DNA of 64,000 bases from Octopus sinensis (GCF_006345805.1 NC_043001.1:75702001-75766000); one strand, 5' to 3'; counted from the stretch's first letter, positions 11,560 to 25,987 are shown. Numbers and translations: made by a program. The notes: generated from the letters alone by a model not told the origin.

Positions 11560-14410
11560 ATTTACGTATATATGTGCGGTAATATAAGTATGACCGTTTA
11601 CAATTCATTTATTTTGGACTACCAAGAATTTGATATTCATGATTGTCCGCTCATTTTGACGTCATTTGAAGTTCCCTATAACAGTAGGAATATTGTTACT
11701 TTAAGATGCCACATTCAACTGATTCTTCAGATTCTTAAATTTGATCAGTTTCTCAAACATTTTCAGAGTTGTTTTTCTCAGCCGGCCTTACAGCATCAAT
11801 CAAATAAAAATTATTTCAACATGACTTTACACAATGATATCAGATCGGTTAGCGCATATTGAAATTCCAGAGTGTAGTAACCCCAACATTCTGGGCAATT
11901 TGGTGGAGCTTGTGTTCCCACTAGTGCGGCATATTGACCCTTATATGTACTGAGCTACCCTCTCATATATTGGCAAATACTCTGATAGTGCCGGTCGGCT
12001 GCTTCCAAATATTATGTGGTTGATTGTCACTGGATAATCCGTACATATGCAGCACAAAGGACTGCTTTCATGATCAGTTCCAGTTAGCAGGGACTGATCT
12101 AGGGTAGCAATGATATACTCCTCAGCATCTCAGCCATTGATGAGTAAGAATTTGATCTATATTAGGCTCCCTAACTTACTTGAATATCTGACATGCAGTG
12201 ACTTTTGCTTCCACTTCGCCTTTTTATTTTGGAGGCTGATTTGCTTCTCTAAGTTTTATTTATTTGTTTTGGGATACATTTTCTCCGGGTACTGATTCGT
12301 CTAGTTGCATTTCTTGTAAGAATATTTTTGCGACTTTCGTCGCTGAGTGCCATTTTTTAGTATTTTCATGTTTCAGAACCAGCTTTAACATCTAATCATT
12401 TACTTGTTACTCCTCAGCAGAAAGTCCGATGATAGCAATTTTCAATGAGGGTTGAGATTATTTTAAACCTCGACCACTTTTTTTTTTCGGGAGGTACAGT
12501 CAGTCTGTGACTGCTTTGGGGTGATGCATACGATACACTGCCACCAACTTACGTATTTTGACATTAAGCTTGTTGATTTCGGATATGGAACAGTTTATTA
12601 CATAGGAACTTTATATGATTACAGACATTGCCAGCGAGCTTTTGGTCGCAATTGTAAGTCTGTCATTCAACTTGGTTTTCAAAATACCTCTTACTCTCCG
12701 AGAGCATTTCTTCCTTATCTTTTTCATCATTAGTGAGAGTTTAATCCCGTCTCATTCACATACTCCTAGATTCTTATAACCGCTCTTAGACTGTAAGTTT
12801 TTTTTCTGTATCTTTATCTAGGTTGATGTTGCATATGTTTGATAGTTTTCCCTTAGCAAATCTAGGTTTGGTGTATCTGTCAAGCCCAAATTCTATTTTG
12901 ATCTCATCACTAAATTATTTTGGGTCAGTGGGTGTGCTTGCAATTGATCATTTCAACAAACCGTTTTAAGTTATCCATATAAAGATGATTAATTACTTTT
13001 CCATACACGCCCTGTGTCCATAATTTGTTTCATTCAGGACTTTACTTAAAGGAAACATTGCTAAACAGAATAGCAAATGAGCTGATGAATCTCCTTGATT
13101 GATTGCAGATTTAATATTGACTTGTCCAGCGTTTATATCTGTGGTCTCCACATTCAAAATTAACGTCGTTTTCTAGAGCTTCATGGCATGAGATACAAAA
13201 TCAAGAGATTACTGGTGAAATTTTGACATTTCTAGGCATTACTCTATCCAGCTATGAGAAAGATTATCGAAGGCCTTCTTGTAACATATCCAAGCCACTG
13301 AGAGACTTTTTTTCTTGTGACAATCTTCAAGAATAATTTTGTTAATTAACAGTTGATCCATGCATCAGTAAAACCCACATTAACAGCCTTTTTGTTCATC
13401 ACAGAAAATGTTAATGAGGAAAGCATACGTGCGTTCCATTAGGACACATGTAAGGATCGCGCGTATTATTGTAAAGCATGTCATGGGCCTGTAGTTTTGT
13501 TTCATTGTTTGGGCTGAGCGATGAGGTGATATCGTTGGTCAATCATTCCGAGATCATTTACGGTTCCTTCATAATTACGTTGTAACGACAAATTAGCCTT
13601 TTGTGCTAGATTGTAAACACAATAAGCCAATAGTTTTGGATTTTATCCATACCAGTTGACCTCCATTTATTAGACTTGTAAGTTAGGTATAAACTCTTGT
13701 ATAAACTCGTCTTCTTTTTCTCTGATCATCGTGAGACATCACACATATGCTCCTTTTCATCTGCTCAAACTTTACTCCAGAACTCAAGTATTCTATGCTC
13801 TTATGGAATTTCTATTTTGATAGTGTTCTGTCCAGTGGTACCTATAGAACTTCTTTGGGTTATTTTTAAACATGTTTTTTCTTTTCTTGAAAAACTTGGA
13901 TCATTTTTCGAAGCATTGTATGTGAGCAGCTTTGGCCTGTGCTTTTTGTCTTATTTTCTCCAAATTAGGTGTTTAATTTATATTTTAATTTAATTTATAC
14001 TTTCTCATTATCCTTCTCTTCTTGGACGGTTTTATATTATGATTATTACTTAAGTTTTACAGTATTTATATATCAGATCGAAGAGAATCAATTTGTTTCT
14101 TGATTTATTTTCTTGCCACATTGTTCTTTTATGAGGATTTGCAACTCTATTTTTCAGTTTTAATGCACACACTTTGGTGCCGACTATAGCAGCAGCGTAG
14201 AGTAACTTATGCAAGGATGTGATACCTAATTCATTTTCGTTTATGATGAATTTAATAGTTGTATTCACCAAGCAGATTATTTTGTCATTTATCTTTTTCT
14301 ATTACAAACTTTAGTGAGGTCACTGCTTTCCTTCATATCCAGTTTGAACATTAATCCATTGAGTATTATTTGTGCTTCAAGTTCTGTCAGATCACTTTCC
14401 TTGTTATCAA
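11560..14410 (-). mobile_element. Highly degenerate R4/Dong-type (RLE) non-LTR retrotransposon
   Basis: Minus-strand remnants: WICYKKAFDNLSHSWI (~13245-13295), INHL.YMDNLK (~12965-12995) and an RLE-like C-terminus near 11650-11760; same motif set as the 41-42 kb copy. Confidence 0.75.
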
Positions 14411-14480
14411 CATTATTTCCAATAGATTGTTGCTAATTTTATAAGTATGTTCACCTGCAATGGTTTGATATCCAGAGAAT

Positions 14481-14491
14481 TTCTTCTTCTT

Positions 14492-14579
<88 letters not shown>

Positions 14580-14623
14580 TATTATTATTATTATTATTAT
14601 TATCATCATCATCATCATCATCA

Positions 14624-14660
<37 letters not shown>
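14481..14660. repeat. (CTT)n-(ATT)n-(ATC)n microsatellite
   Basis: Directly visible. Confidence 0.97.
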
Positions 14661-14733
14661 ACTGGAAAGTTATACAAATTACTCGAGTTCCAAGAGTCTC
14701 ATGTGCTGAATGAGCTAATTATGTGTGTTAATG

Positions 14734-14774
<41 letters not shown>

Positions 14775-15771
14775 GTGTGTGTGCGTGCGTGTGTGTGTAA
14801 ATTTCAAGATAACTCAAAATGCATTAAGATTTTATATGGCTATAAGTTTACTCATAAAACTGCAACGCTTACGTTTCTTACATAGAATGAAAGTGCTGAT
14901 TTATGGACCGAAGAGAAATATGGTCATGTGATGCTCTGTTGGTCTCAAGTAAACGGAAATTACTTGAGATGAGAAATAAAAACAAAGAGGTAGACTTATT
15001 CCAATAAGAAATTAAACGTCAGGGAATAAGAACGCTAATATATTTCGTCTAGAAATAAAAGGTGACTAATTCGACGCATACGTCAAGCTTGTGGGGAAGA
15101 CGTCTGATATAAGCAGAGATCAAAGGTATTGAAACATTGTGTAGATGTACATATTGACAAATCTGTCGTCTTTAAACCTGAGGTTAACAGTTCCAACAAT
15201 TATAATCTTATTAGCAAGTCACCTCTGACATTTAGACATTTTTATATATTTCCATGGCATTGGGGAGAGAAAGGAAACTGAAGTTTCAAGACTGGTATTT
15301 ACTCTGAAAGTAAATTGATGAATAGATTGATAGAGAAAGAGAAAGAAAGAGAAAGAAAGAGAGAGATAAAGTAAGAGTAAAAAAGAGACAGGGTAAAGAG
15401 GAAGAGAGAGTGATAGAGAGATCGAGAGAGACAGATAGATGGATATATAGATAGAGAGGGAAAGAACGTACGGTTGTCTTTTAAACGAGCGTCACATAGT
15501 CTTATTTCATAAGACATAAAGGTACGTAGTCTAGTGGTCAGTACGTTGGGTGAGTCATCATAGAGCTGTGTGTTTGATTCCTGAACCAGGAAATACATTG
15601 CTTCAATTTCCTCAACCACTACATGTATCAGCCAACATCTGGTACAACTCTCTCTCTCAAGTCATCTAGCACTTCAAAAACTGTAAGAGTCAATTTCCCG
15701 CCGTATTAAACCCTGAGATTGATTCTAACGTTTGACCAAATCTGTATTTAAGAATATGACTTTATTACATG

Positions 15772-15874
<103 letters not shown>

Positions 15875-16120
15875 ACTGTTGTGTCTGGGGAGAGTCATTT
15901 TCTTTTTGTGCAATATAATTTAACACACTCACCGGTAAAATTTCCACTTATTTCTTATTTGTATTTTCCTAAAATTTTCGTTACGTCTTGCAACCTTTTC
16001 AATAGTCTTAAGGCACAAAAGAAAATGATTCTCCCCAGACACAAGAGAATATGCATCAACACACGAACTGATATAAAGAATCTTGTAAACCAAATCCAAA
16101 AACTAAAGATGTATATATAT
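15875..16120. mobile_element. Short PLE terminal fragment with inverted end, in (TA)n
   Basis: ttgtgtctggggagagtcattttctttttgtgc versus gcacaaaagaaaatgattctccccagacacaa; same family as 29651-29960, which is linked to GIY-YIG coding sequence. Confidence 0.75.
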
Positions 16121-17044
16121 ATGGAGTGGAGTGTATGTATGTATTAATTAAACTCTTATTCTCAGATAGACAGAACTTGAAAATATGTATTTTATATGCA
16201 CACATATATAAACATGTATACACGCACACGCACACATACATATATACATGCATATACACATACATATGTGTGAATGTCTATATGTTTGTGTATATATGTT
16301 TGTGCGTGTATAAGTATGTGTTGGTATTATGCTTTGTTATATTTGCTTTTGCGGGAAGTGAATACGGGAATGGCGGTATATCCGATGTGCTAGCATCCCT
16401 TAGGCATAGCCTCCTCATTGTGAGCTCTTCGTATCTTTGCAGAATAACTGGTGCCATTGATTTTATTTAAAGAAAGTTCTTCTGCTCAGAGGCGGACCGA
16501 AATAGAGTTGCATATTATTGAATAAACATTTCATTTCTTTCCTTTCGGTTGTTTGTTAGATAACCAAGCAAAAAGTACAACTAAAAATTGTTTGCAGGAA
16601 GCAAACAGATAATACAAACTTAAGAATATGTTTTACAAATATGAAATGCTCGACAATAAGCAGTATGCCAATGTACAATTTTACTTGTAAAATATCGATG
16701 ATAGATACATCCCATGGTGCCACCTAAAAATGGTAAGGCTAAGTTTCATTCATTGTTTTGACATAAAAACTACCAAGATATATTTATCGACATCATTTTC
16801 CCGAAAGTTTACACAGATTCTATACTTAGTTAATACATTGACCACCAAATTCTTTATTTTCTCTGCGAAAAACTCATTGCGATTCGCACTGCGCTAGTTC
16901 TATATAAATACAGAAAGACTGTTATTTAGAGCGCAATTTTTTTACTAAATAAATATTTTATATGTCTCGTTTAAGATATGTACATGCACACATATATACA
17001 TACACTCGTACGCAGATACACATAAATACATATACTTATGTTTA

Positions 17045-17470
17045 TAGGGGAAGAATTCACAAACAAAAAGACGAAGACAGGTGGTGTAGACAACAAACAG
17101 ATGTATTAGATTAACGCTCGGGAAGTGAAAAAGTCTTTAACGTTTCGAGCCTAGGCTCTTCCACAAAAAGGAACACAGAAAGAAACAAGGAGAGAAAATA
17201 AATAAATATATGTATAGAGAGCGGCATTCACACATATATATAGGCAAATGAAAAATTAAAAAAAAAAACAGGAAAATCAACAAAGTCAGCTAGACATACA
17301 CAATGTATATATTAGATTGATGCACTTGAAAATTTTAGATGGAAAATAGTATTGGAAATGACGTTTCGAGCATGGCTCATCGTCGGAATTAGAAAAAAGT
17401 CCAGAGAAGAGGAAATGGGGTAAGAAGCAGATAGTCCGGAGAAATGCACGTGTGTCGTTACACAGCTGAT
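17045..17470 (-). mobile_element. Two PLE terminal segments, each with a minimal hammerhead variant (17136-17168, 17357-17390)
   Basis: Minus strand TTGTGGA-aGAGCctagGCTC-GAAAC-GTT and CCGACGA-tGAGCcatGCTC-GAAAC-GTC; homologous to 2554-2588. Confidence 0.6.
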
Positions 17471-18584
17471 AGAATATGTTTTTTTAAGGCAGGCGAGTTC
17501 AAAAATGGCCATTATGTGTGTGTGAAGAGAGGTGAAGATACTCGTGTGTGTGTGTGGAGTGTATATATGAGCCTTATGTTTGCACAGTCCCCTATTTTCC
17601 AGATTGGAATTGGAGGACCCTAAATTTTAATACATATAAGATAACTCACATGGCTACAAAACATTCTTCGTGACAACAAGGTTGATGTTACAAAAGTCTG
17701 TCTGGCACTCAGAAGATCTGCTCAGGATTACTCTCGAACATCCGATTAAAGGCGGCTTTAGGTCGGTTGGAATACCTCACCAAATGATTACAAACTCAGT
17801 TTCGTTTTCCTTTTGCTTCACTCATTCTCTATTTGTCATTTGATAGCTTTCTTATACCACACTATCTAATTAGCGTGATGGTTAGCACAAAGCGCGTTGT
17901 TAATTATTACTTACGAATTAATACGACTAGAGTATCCTATTTATCGCATAGTTTCCGTCCAGCATAAAGTAAACACAGGTCAAAAATCTTAAACTTCTTA
18001 GGAAATAAACTTGGACTGTTATATCGCAAACAACTTTAGCAAAGTTTGTATTATGATCTTCGTTTGGCTTTTGAACACAATCTGTCCGGTTCGAACTTTA
18101 TTTTAAATATCAAAGCTATTCCAGGAAATTAACTGTTAAAATTTTGTTTCAGTATTTGCCTTATTGCCTCTTGTATCAATAGTATGATTCTGATAATCAA
18201 CCATGCATGTTAAAATTCCACTACCGATATCAAAGTTTTCAAGAACTGTCTTTAAAATCTCTTTTGAAACTACATCGAATTTGACGATTATTGCTATCAC
18301 ATCTTTCAGATCTAGTTGAGGAAGAAAAAGGAAATAAACAACTAAAATGCACCTAACAACATTAACATCCTCACATTATGCATAGCAACACATAATCCAA
18401 CTAAACTGAGTTTATGATTATTGCAGTTTAGAAAAACAAAAATAACTTTGAATTTCGATCATCGTGAATCCGCTATTCAACACCAATTCTAAAACACGCC
18501 CTCATCATAGCCTTCTCACATTGCTGTGCGATATGTCTTCTATTATTAACTGTGGCCGGCTAAGGTTTTGTAAGTAAATTTGGT

Positions 18585-18930
18585 AGAAACTGTGCAAAAA
18601 GTCGTCGGGCATGTGACTGTTTGTGTGTACGTGCGTGTTTGTGTATGTATGTGAGGGTGTATGCGTGCGTGCGTGCTTGCGTGTGTGTGCGTGTGTGCGA
18701 GTGTGTTGTGTTGTGTGTTGCGGTTATGTTTATTTTCCTCACCCAGCGCTCGGCAGCCAATATGAGTCTGCTAACATCCTTGTAACATAGCAGTTCGGTA
18801 AAAGTGACCAATAGAATAAGTACCAGACTAAAAATTAGTTCTGGCGTCGATTTTCCTGATTAAAATCCTTCGAGGCGGTGCCTCAGCATGGCTGCAATCA
18901 AATGACTGGAACAAATTAAAGATAAAAGAA
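18585..18930 (+). mobile_element. SINE family B, 3' half
   Basis: gttcggtaaaagtgaccaatagaataagtaccag..cagcatggctgcaatcaaatgactggaaca matches the reverse complement of 20469-20640. Confidence 0.75.
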
Positions 18931-18978
18931 AAATATCAGATTTTCAGCATCATTTCTTAAAAGGTACATTTAAGAAAT

Positions 18979-19222
18979 GTGAAAGCACGTGAACCCTCGG
19001 TGAGACTGTTGTACTCACGATCGTAAGATCCCAGTTTCGATTCCTGGACCTGGTGGTGCGTAGACCTCTTGAGTAAAGCATTTCATTTCACGTTGCTCTA
19101 GTTCGTTCAGCTGTAAATGGGCAACCTGCGACGGATTGACGACCCCTTCATAAGTAAAGTGATTTCGGTCACTTATACGCCATGGAAACCGAGTAATCGG
19201 TTACTGAGTCCTGGGGCTCAAA
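18979..19222 (+). mobile_element. tRNA-derived SINE family C
   Basis: gtgaa..actcacgatcgtaagatc..gtttcgattcctggacc head; related copies at 44317, 58608 and 60732. Confidence 0.7.
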
Positions 19223-19278
19223 CAAAACACACACATATATTAAAGATATACTCCCGTTACAAAATATACTCTTCTCAC

Positions 19279-19360
<82 letters not shown>

Positions 19361-19393
19361 AATCTATCTATATATGTATATATCTATCTATTA

Positions 19394-19427
<34 letters not shown>

Positions 19428-20468
19428 TTATCTATCTATCTGTCTATTTATATGTCTGTTCTCGAGTAAAAAAATTTGCCTTTTGCTCTTAGTGTGTTTG
19501 ATCATAAGTAGATTGGAATAAGAAGCAATGAATGCTATATTGCAAAGTGATGTCAAGAACTGCAGAAATCGCCAACTAAATACTTTCATTTTGCACAATC
19601 TTTAAGAAATACATGATATTGCACAGCGATGTGAGAAGGCTATGGTGTTGAATAGAATTGGTGTTGAATAGCGGATTCACGATGATCGAAATTCAAACTT
19701 TTGAAAACATCAAACTTTATCGATAATTTGACTGACACACGGAACAAAAATCCGAAGTTTCCTCTCTGTCTTCGCATCTATGGTTGCTTTTGACGAACAA
19801 AGTCTGCGTTACTAAATTACTTTATGCAATGAAAAATCTGTGAAGTATAACATTTCAATAGAAATTGAGGTTGAATTTATTTGTCAATGATTGTCCTATT
19901 TTCGAGATAGGACAGTCATTGAGAAATATTTCTATAGTTATTTTACTATTTTGAGAATAATTCAAACCTAATGTAATTTTTCAGCCCGCGGATCATCTAA
20001 TAAAATTATATTTTTGGATCATTTATCGAACTTCATCAAACATATACTGTGACGCAAAATAGAGCTTTGTATAGGCTGTTATGTTTTCCTGTAAATATGT
20101 GTATATGTGTGTGTTGTATGTGTGTATATCTGTGTGTATGCGTGTGTCTGTGTCTGTGTGTATGTATATACCTTTTTTGGAATATTGGATCTCAAAGCAA
20201 ACAAGAGCGTGTAATTATTGGGTTAAAATGCTCTTTGGAAAGATAAGATGGTTGCATTTAGAAGAGGTGTCTAAGTGCAACCATCAACTTTTTCTATCCA
20301 AAGTGATTTTAACCCAATATCCACACGCTAATATCTATTATAACTTTATTTGTTTCAAGATACACTACGTTAAGCATTACTCGTTGCATAAGTATTATAT
20401 CACGAGTTTCAGCTAGCTAAGAAACATATGTAGCGTGCATTTTACCTGTTCCACGTTCTCAATTTGGA

Positions 20469-20882
20469 TACTCTTTTACTTGTTTCAGTCATTTGACTGG
20501 GGCCATGCTGGAGCACCTTCTTTAGTTGAGCAAATCGACCCCATCACTTATTCTTTGTAAGCCTAGTACTTATTCTATCGGTCCCTTTTGCCAAACCGCT
20601 AAGTTACGGGGACGTAAACACACCAGCATCGATTGTCAAGCGATGTTGGGGGGACAAACACAGACACACAAACATATGCACTACATACACACACATACAT
20701 ATATATATACATATATACGACGGGCTTCTTTCAGTTTCCGTCTACCAAATCCACTCACAAGGCTTTCGTCGGTCTGTGGCTATAGTAGAAGATACTTGCC
20801 GAAGGTGCCACGCAGTGGGACTGAACACGGAACCATGTGGTTGGTAAGCAAGCTACTTACCACACAGCCACTCCTACACCTA
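20469..20882 (-). mobile_element. tRNA-derived SINE family B, full length
   Basis: Minus-strand head ggagtggctgtgtggtaagtagcttgcttaccaaccacatggttccgtgttcagtccc (A/B boxes), CORE-like ggcaagtatcttc, internal microsatellite. Confidence 0.92.
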
Positions 20883-20971
20883 TGGCGTATATATATATAT
20901 ATTTATATATATACACACATACATACACACATACATACATACATACATACATACATACATACATACATACA

Positions 20972-21002
<31 letters not shown>

Positions 21003-21009
21003 GTATATA

Positions 21010-22100
21010 AAGTGGACCTAGTTCGGGGAAGCATAGTATGGTACTACTTTAAAGAGATTTGTTGCGTAAGGTCGGAACAATGCGAGAAGGTACAAAGTAA
21101 ACTTCAAAGAGAAAAGTAAACAAAACAAAGTTACCGTCTTACCTTGTATTTATATATTTCATGGCTGTAACCACTTCTTCAGGACATTCTGAAAAGTGAA
21201 GGATGGAAAAGTTATCGCTCATATATGTGGGAGAGTAAGAAGGAAAGAGGAGGAAAGCGGAAGGAGAAGGAAGGAAGAAGGTGACATGCGTTCTTCCTGG
21301 CATGTCCAGAATAAAGTGTGATGTAAACCAGAAGATCCTTCAGCTTACAAATATTTTTGCCGACAATACTGGTCCCCTACAAAGGAAGCTGTTCTATATG
21401 AAGAATAAAACATTGTTTGTTTCCACAACTTTTTCTAAAGCTTTCCTGAAATAGGTAAGCAGTTTTGTCCTTTGTATAAAGCGGTCCAATCACACAAGGT
21501 ACTGTCAAATATCTCTATAGTTTCGCTATAGTCTGAAAAGAAGGAACCAACGACCCAAGCCGCTTAGCTGTAGGTTCCCCCTTTACACACACCCAATAGG
21601 TCAACCCTAGATATTCAACTACTCGCCAGTGCCGCAGAGAACTGTGCCAGCTCTATAATGTGGTTTTTAAGACGTACCTATGAAACTTACTACGTTGAGA
21701 GATGTTTGTACAGAGCTGCATTCACTTTTCATATAGAACAGCTTCCTTTGTGGGGGACTAGTATTTTCGGGAAAATGGCTGCAAGCTGAAGGATCTTCTG
21801 GGTTACTTCACACTAAACTTCTAGATATGTATTCTAACGAACAAGAACTGCAAATCCATCACTGTTAGGTAATTTTGCAGGGCACTCTCTCATCATGGCG
21901 ATTATCCCTATGTTATGATGCCAAATACTAAAACGAAATATTCCAATGTACAGTTATTGATGATACGTCGGGTTCTTTTGTCCTTAGAAACATTTCTCAC
22001 AATGTGAGGGAGTCAATTTCCTCGTCTATAACGCAAATATGCAACATGTATAGCAGTGCATGTTAGAAATAGCACCCGAGAGCGAGCACGCCGGTTTATA
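21010..22100. mobile_element. Rearranged degenerate Neptune-type PLE fragment with ~90-bp inverted repeat and hammerhead core
   Basis: IR 21315-21402 / 21728-21813 encodes KLKDLL (cf. NLRDLLVRSTL in the 5-8 kb PLE); minus strand CTGAAGA-aGTGGTtacaGCCAT-GAAA-TATA-TA at 21150-21182. Confidence 0.5.
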
Positions 22101-22119
22101 CAAGCGTACATACATGCAA

Positions 22120-22172
<53 letters not shown>

Positions 22173-22205
22173 TATATATATGCACGTACATATATATATA
22201 TATAC

Positions 22206-22266
<61 letters not shown>

Positions 22267-23249
22267 GTATGGATATATATATATATGTGTATATATATAC
22301 ATATATACATATATACACACATATATATACATATATACATACATACACACACAGAGATATACAGACACACACGCGTGCACACACACACACACACACATGT
22401 ATGTATATATATAAGCAAGGTTAAATATAGTTATTAAATGTATGCATAAACATTTGGCTATAATCTTACATGTTTGCATGGCTCGGTGTGTCATTGTGTA
22501 TGTGTGCGTTTGTGTGTGTGCGCGCACGTGCATGTATATGCGTTTATGTGTGTGATTTTGCGCATGTGTGCGTATGTGTATGTATGTCTGTGTATGCGCG
22601 CGTGTGTTACATATTTCTGTACACGTATATACATATATATCTTAATGTTGAGCTAATGTAACACTACATGGCTTAATTCAGCAGAATCTGTCTGGCAGAC
22701 GGTTACAACACCCCTGTGTACAATTTTTAGTAGATTCTTGAAAAACATCAATCGAAAATGGTTTCCTTTTATTTTTTTTATTTTTACTAGTTATTTTCAA
22801 GTTGAAAGAACAATGACGTATGAAATCGATATTATTAAATGTCGAGTGAAGGGCGGTATTTTGAAGCAAATTTAGTAACTGTGTTAAGTGCCATGCATTA
22901 TTTAGTCCTGCGTTCTAACCTCCAATGGGACTGGTTTTGTCTTTCATCCCCTAAAGTTCGTTAAAATAAATAACTGAAGCCGACTCTGTTTGGACGCGAT
23001 TTAATCGTCTCTGTACATTTTCTATAAACCTGTTGTGCTAATTGCTGATACCAGTGTTGTAAGGTTATGAGAGATGAGAGGTGAGCGAGAAGAACATGGA
23101 GCAGGATACCAGCTAATTTCTTCTGATACATGGTTTCAATTTACTCTAAGTTGTATCATCAACTAGGATCGGCTGCTTGATTGGCTCGAAGGCTCTCAAC
23201 ATTACTCTCCAACCCCTGATCCTATCTGCGGTCTATCCTCATTCGCGTA

Positions 23250-23349
23250 TTGTATTACTACTACAGTAACCTCTTTTACTACTGTAACTTCGTTTTCTAC
23301 TGTAACCACTGTTAGTACTGTAACCTCTGTCACAGTAGTAGTAATACAA
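23250..23349. repeat. Four 18-bp tandem repeats inside a 15-bp inverted repeat
   Basis: (tactgtaac..)x4 flanked by ttgtattactactac / gtagtagtaatacaa. Confidence 0.8.
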
Positions 23350-23959
23350 CAGCAGTAGTACTATAGTAGCTCCTGGAACTAACTGAACTCGTGCTCCATC
23401 CACTCAGGGCCATGCAATTCACACGCCTCTCTTCCTCTACTCACCCGTATTTTATCTTCACACATACACCTTGGTCCATACTAAAAATTTCCCAAGCCTC
23501 TCTTCTCTGAAATTCAGTTATTTTCAAGTCCCTATCATGACCATGTATTTATCTTGAAGTTGTTACATTGCAATCGTTCAAGAAAAACTTTAACGCTATC
23601 GATCACGCTGGTTTAGGGCGACCTGAGAACCTGGATACACAATCTATTCTTGTGATGGTTATCTGCGAAAATATGGACACCCGTGGAGATGTCTTTGACA
23701 AATTGTGATATAACCTATTCTTATGGACTCTTACCAAACTGTTAGACAGAAAACAGCAGACATACGAGCATTTAAACTGCCCCTGAAATTTTTCTATACA
23801 TTACAAAATATATGTGGCCTTATATTACAAAATATATGTGAAGAAAATATAAGTGATTTTCTGGGAATAAAAATTTACTCGAAGTATTTGTTCTGGGTCT
23901 TCGTGCTTTAAATTCAAATCCTGCAGGAGTTAACTTTGTCTTTCATTCTTTCGGGATCC

Positions 23960-24690
23960 ATTGCCTTAGCTCTTCAATATAAATTGAGCAGGCCTTATGA
24001 GGAGCCCACTTCTTATCCGAATCTCCTAATTTCAGACCAAAGTAGACATAAGATATTTTGACAAATTTGGTAAAGTCTCGCTGACGTTTCTTAGTCATAA
24101 ACTCGCCATAAATGTAATAATAGTTATCCGCGTTTGCTGCACATCTTCTAGAAGACCTTATTGCTTCAAATGGTTCGGAGGTCAGTAAAGAAAGAGGAAG
24201 GGGGCAATTTTTTAACAGCATATATGATATCATTAAAGTATACATAATATCATTAAAGAAGCATCGAGATGTGACTTGTCATACATGTACCTTCAAAAAA
24301 AGGCATGAGAAAATACCTGAAATAAAAAAGCGATACTTTTTAACCTAAGCAATGTAAGCTTGTAAAGTGCCTCTTTTTCTCCTCACTGTTTGTGGATGGC
24401 TGAAGCGACAGTGATGAAGGCACTTCTCTGTATAGCTGAAGCTATTCAAATGCTGCCAGATGCTTATTTTTCAAAATTACACATTTAGTTATGCTGTTAA
24501 AGTCTATTTAAGTATGGCAATTAATTGTAATAATAAAGCACAGTAGTCAAATTCGGGTATAGTATCGATCTTGCGAAGAAATTGTACGTGATAGGATATC
24601 ATAGTAATTTTTGAAATGAGTTGGTAAAAATTGATCAAATACACCCAATGAATGTGGAACACTTTTTGGTCGGTCGCAAAACTGTGTAGT
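23960..24690 (-). mobile_element. DNA transposon 5' remnant, probably Chapaev3/CMC-like
   Basis: CAANADNYYYIYGEF..FVKISYVYFGLKLGDSDKKWAPHKACSI resembles the CYICG..YFG.KLGDQDK.WAPH..C transposase N-terminus; superfamily assigned from memory. Confidence 0.55.
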
Positions 24691-24701
24691 CAAGAAAGAT
24701 T

Positions 24702-24763
<62 letters not shown>

Positions 24764-25203
24764 CAGAGAGAGCAGAGACACCAGATATCAACTCGTTTTG
24801 TCTGTAAATTTCCAAACGGTAAGTTCAAACAATAAGTGCGTGAATCTGAGAGGGGAATGTGTTGAATAAAATTATAATTAACTGATCCTCCTGTATTTTC
24901 TGTAATCCAAGGTCAGAAACATTTCAGTACTCCTTCATGTGTAGTATATTTATCATTAACCGGTATGCTTGTCATGAATACAGATTTGTCATAATACCGG
25001 TACTTTACAAATAGACTTGGTATATTTAATATAAATCGATTTCTGTATAAATAACTGTTATATCTTTTCTGTTTGTCATGAGCTAATGTCCCTATGTATT
25101 AAGGAATATTTACCAAATTTGAGAGTAAGATCCAGATGCAATCCAAACTAATCGATGGATAAAACAGCACAGCTCCGATATACAAGCACTGGTATTAAGC
25201 GTT

Positions 25204-25438
25204 ATAAGGCGGCAAGCTGGCAGAAACGTTAGCACGCTGGGCGAAATGCTTAGCGGTATTTCGTCTGTCGCTACGTTCCGAGTTCAAATTCCGCCGAGGT
25301 CGACTTTACCTTTCATCACTTCGGGGTCGATAAATTAAGTACCAGTTACGCACTGGAGTCGATGTAATCGACTTAATACCTATGTCTGTCCTTGTTTGTC
25401 CCCTCTGTGTCTAGCCCCTTGTGGGTAATAAAGAAATA
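25204..25438 (+). mobile_element. Young full-length SINE family A with 13-bp TSD
   Basis: TSD ggtattaagcgtt at 25191-25203 and 25439-25451; tail gtctgtccttgtttgtcccctctgtgtctagccccttgtgggtaataaagaaata. Confidence 0.93.
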
Positions 25439-25956
25439 GGTATTAAGCGTTGATTAATGAAGAAGGTAAACGTAGTGAAACAGAAGAGAATTGTATATAA
25501 ATAGTAGTAGCACATCCTCAGGAGAACAAAATCACAGAACGTGAACCCACATTTCTTGCACTGCTATTAAAACTGATTAAATATTATTCTTTTATGTAAT
25601 TTCTTTCCGCGTATGTATCAATATGTATGTAGATTCCTGTGTGTGCCTATGTGTGTGTGTGTTTGTGTGTGTATATTTGTCATCGTACGTATGCATATCT
25701 GTGAAATTCCGTATCACCTCACACTCGTATGAATAGAATCGATTTTATTCCATCGTTTTCAAGAAAAAGCACACAGAGGAAAATTGTAACTTCATGTTTA
25801 CAATAGCTATACTTCTATACAACCGCGCTTTCTGTTTTTCCCTCTCCTCTTTGTGTGTGTGTATATATATATATTGTAGGTGTATGTATATATATATGTA
25901 TATATATATATGTATGTACGTATGCATGCATGTATGCATGTATGTATGTATGTATG

Positions 25957-25987
<31 letters not shown>

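Larger units (their letters stand above)
18447..19697. repeat. ~85-bp inverted repeat (18447-18533 / 19616-19697) enclosing SINEs
   Basis: tttgaatttcgatcatcgtgaatccgctattcaacaccaattct..catagccttctcacattgctgtgc and its reverse complement. Confidence 0.85.

Noticed and set aside
20800-20882. tRNA genes at SINE heads (also 25204, 31053, 58608, 60732)
   Set aside because: A/B boxes are present but continue into SINE bodies; no complete cloverleaf seen.
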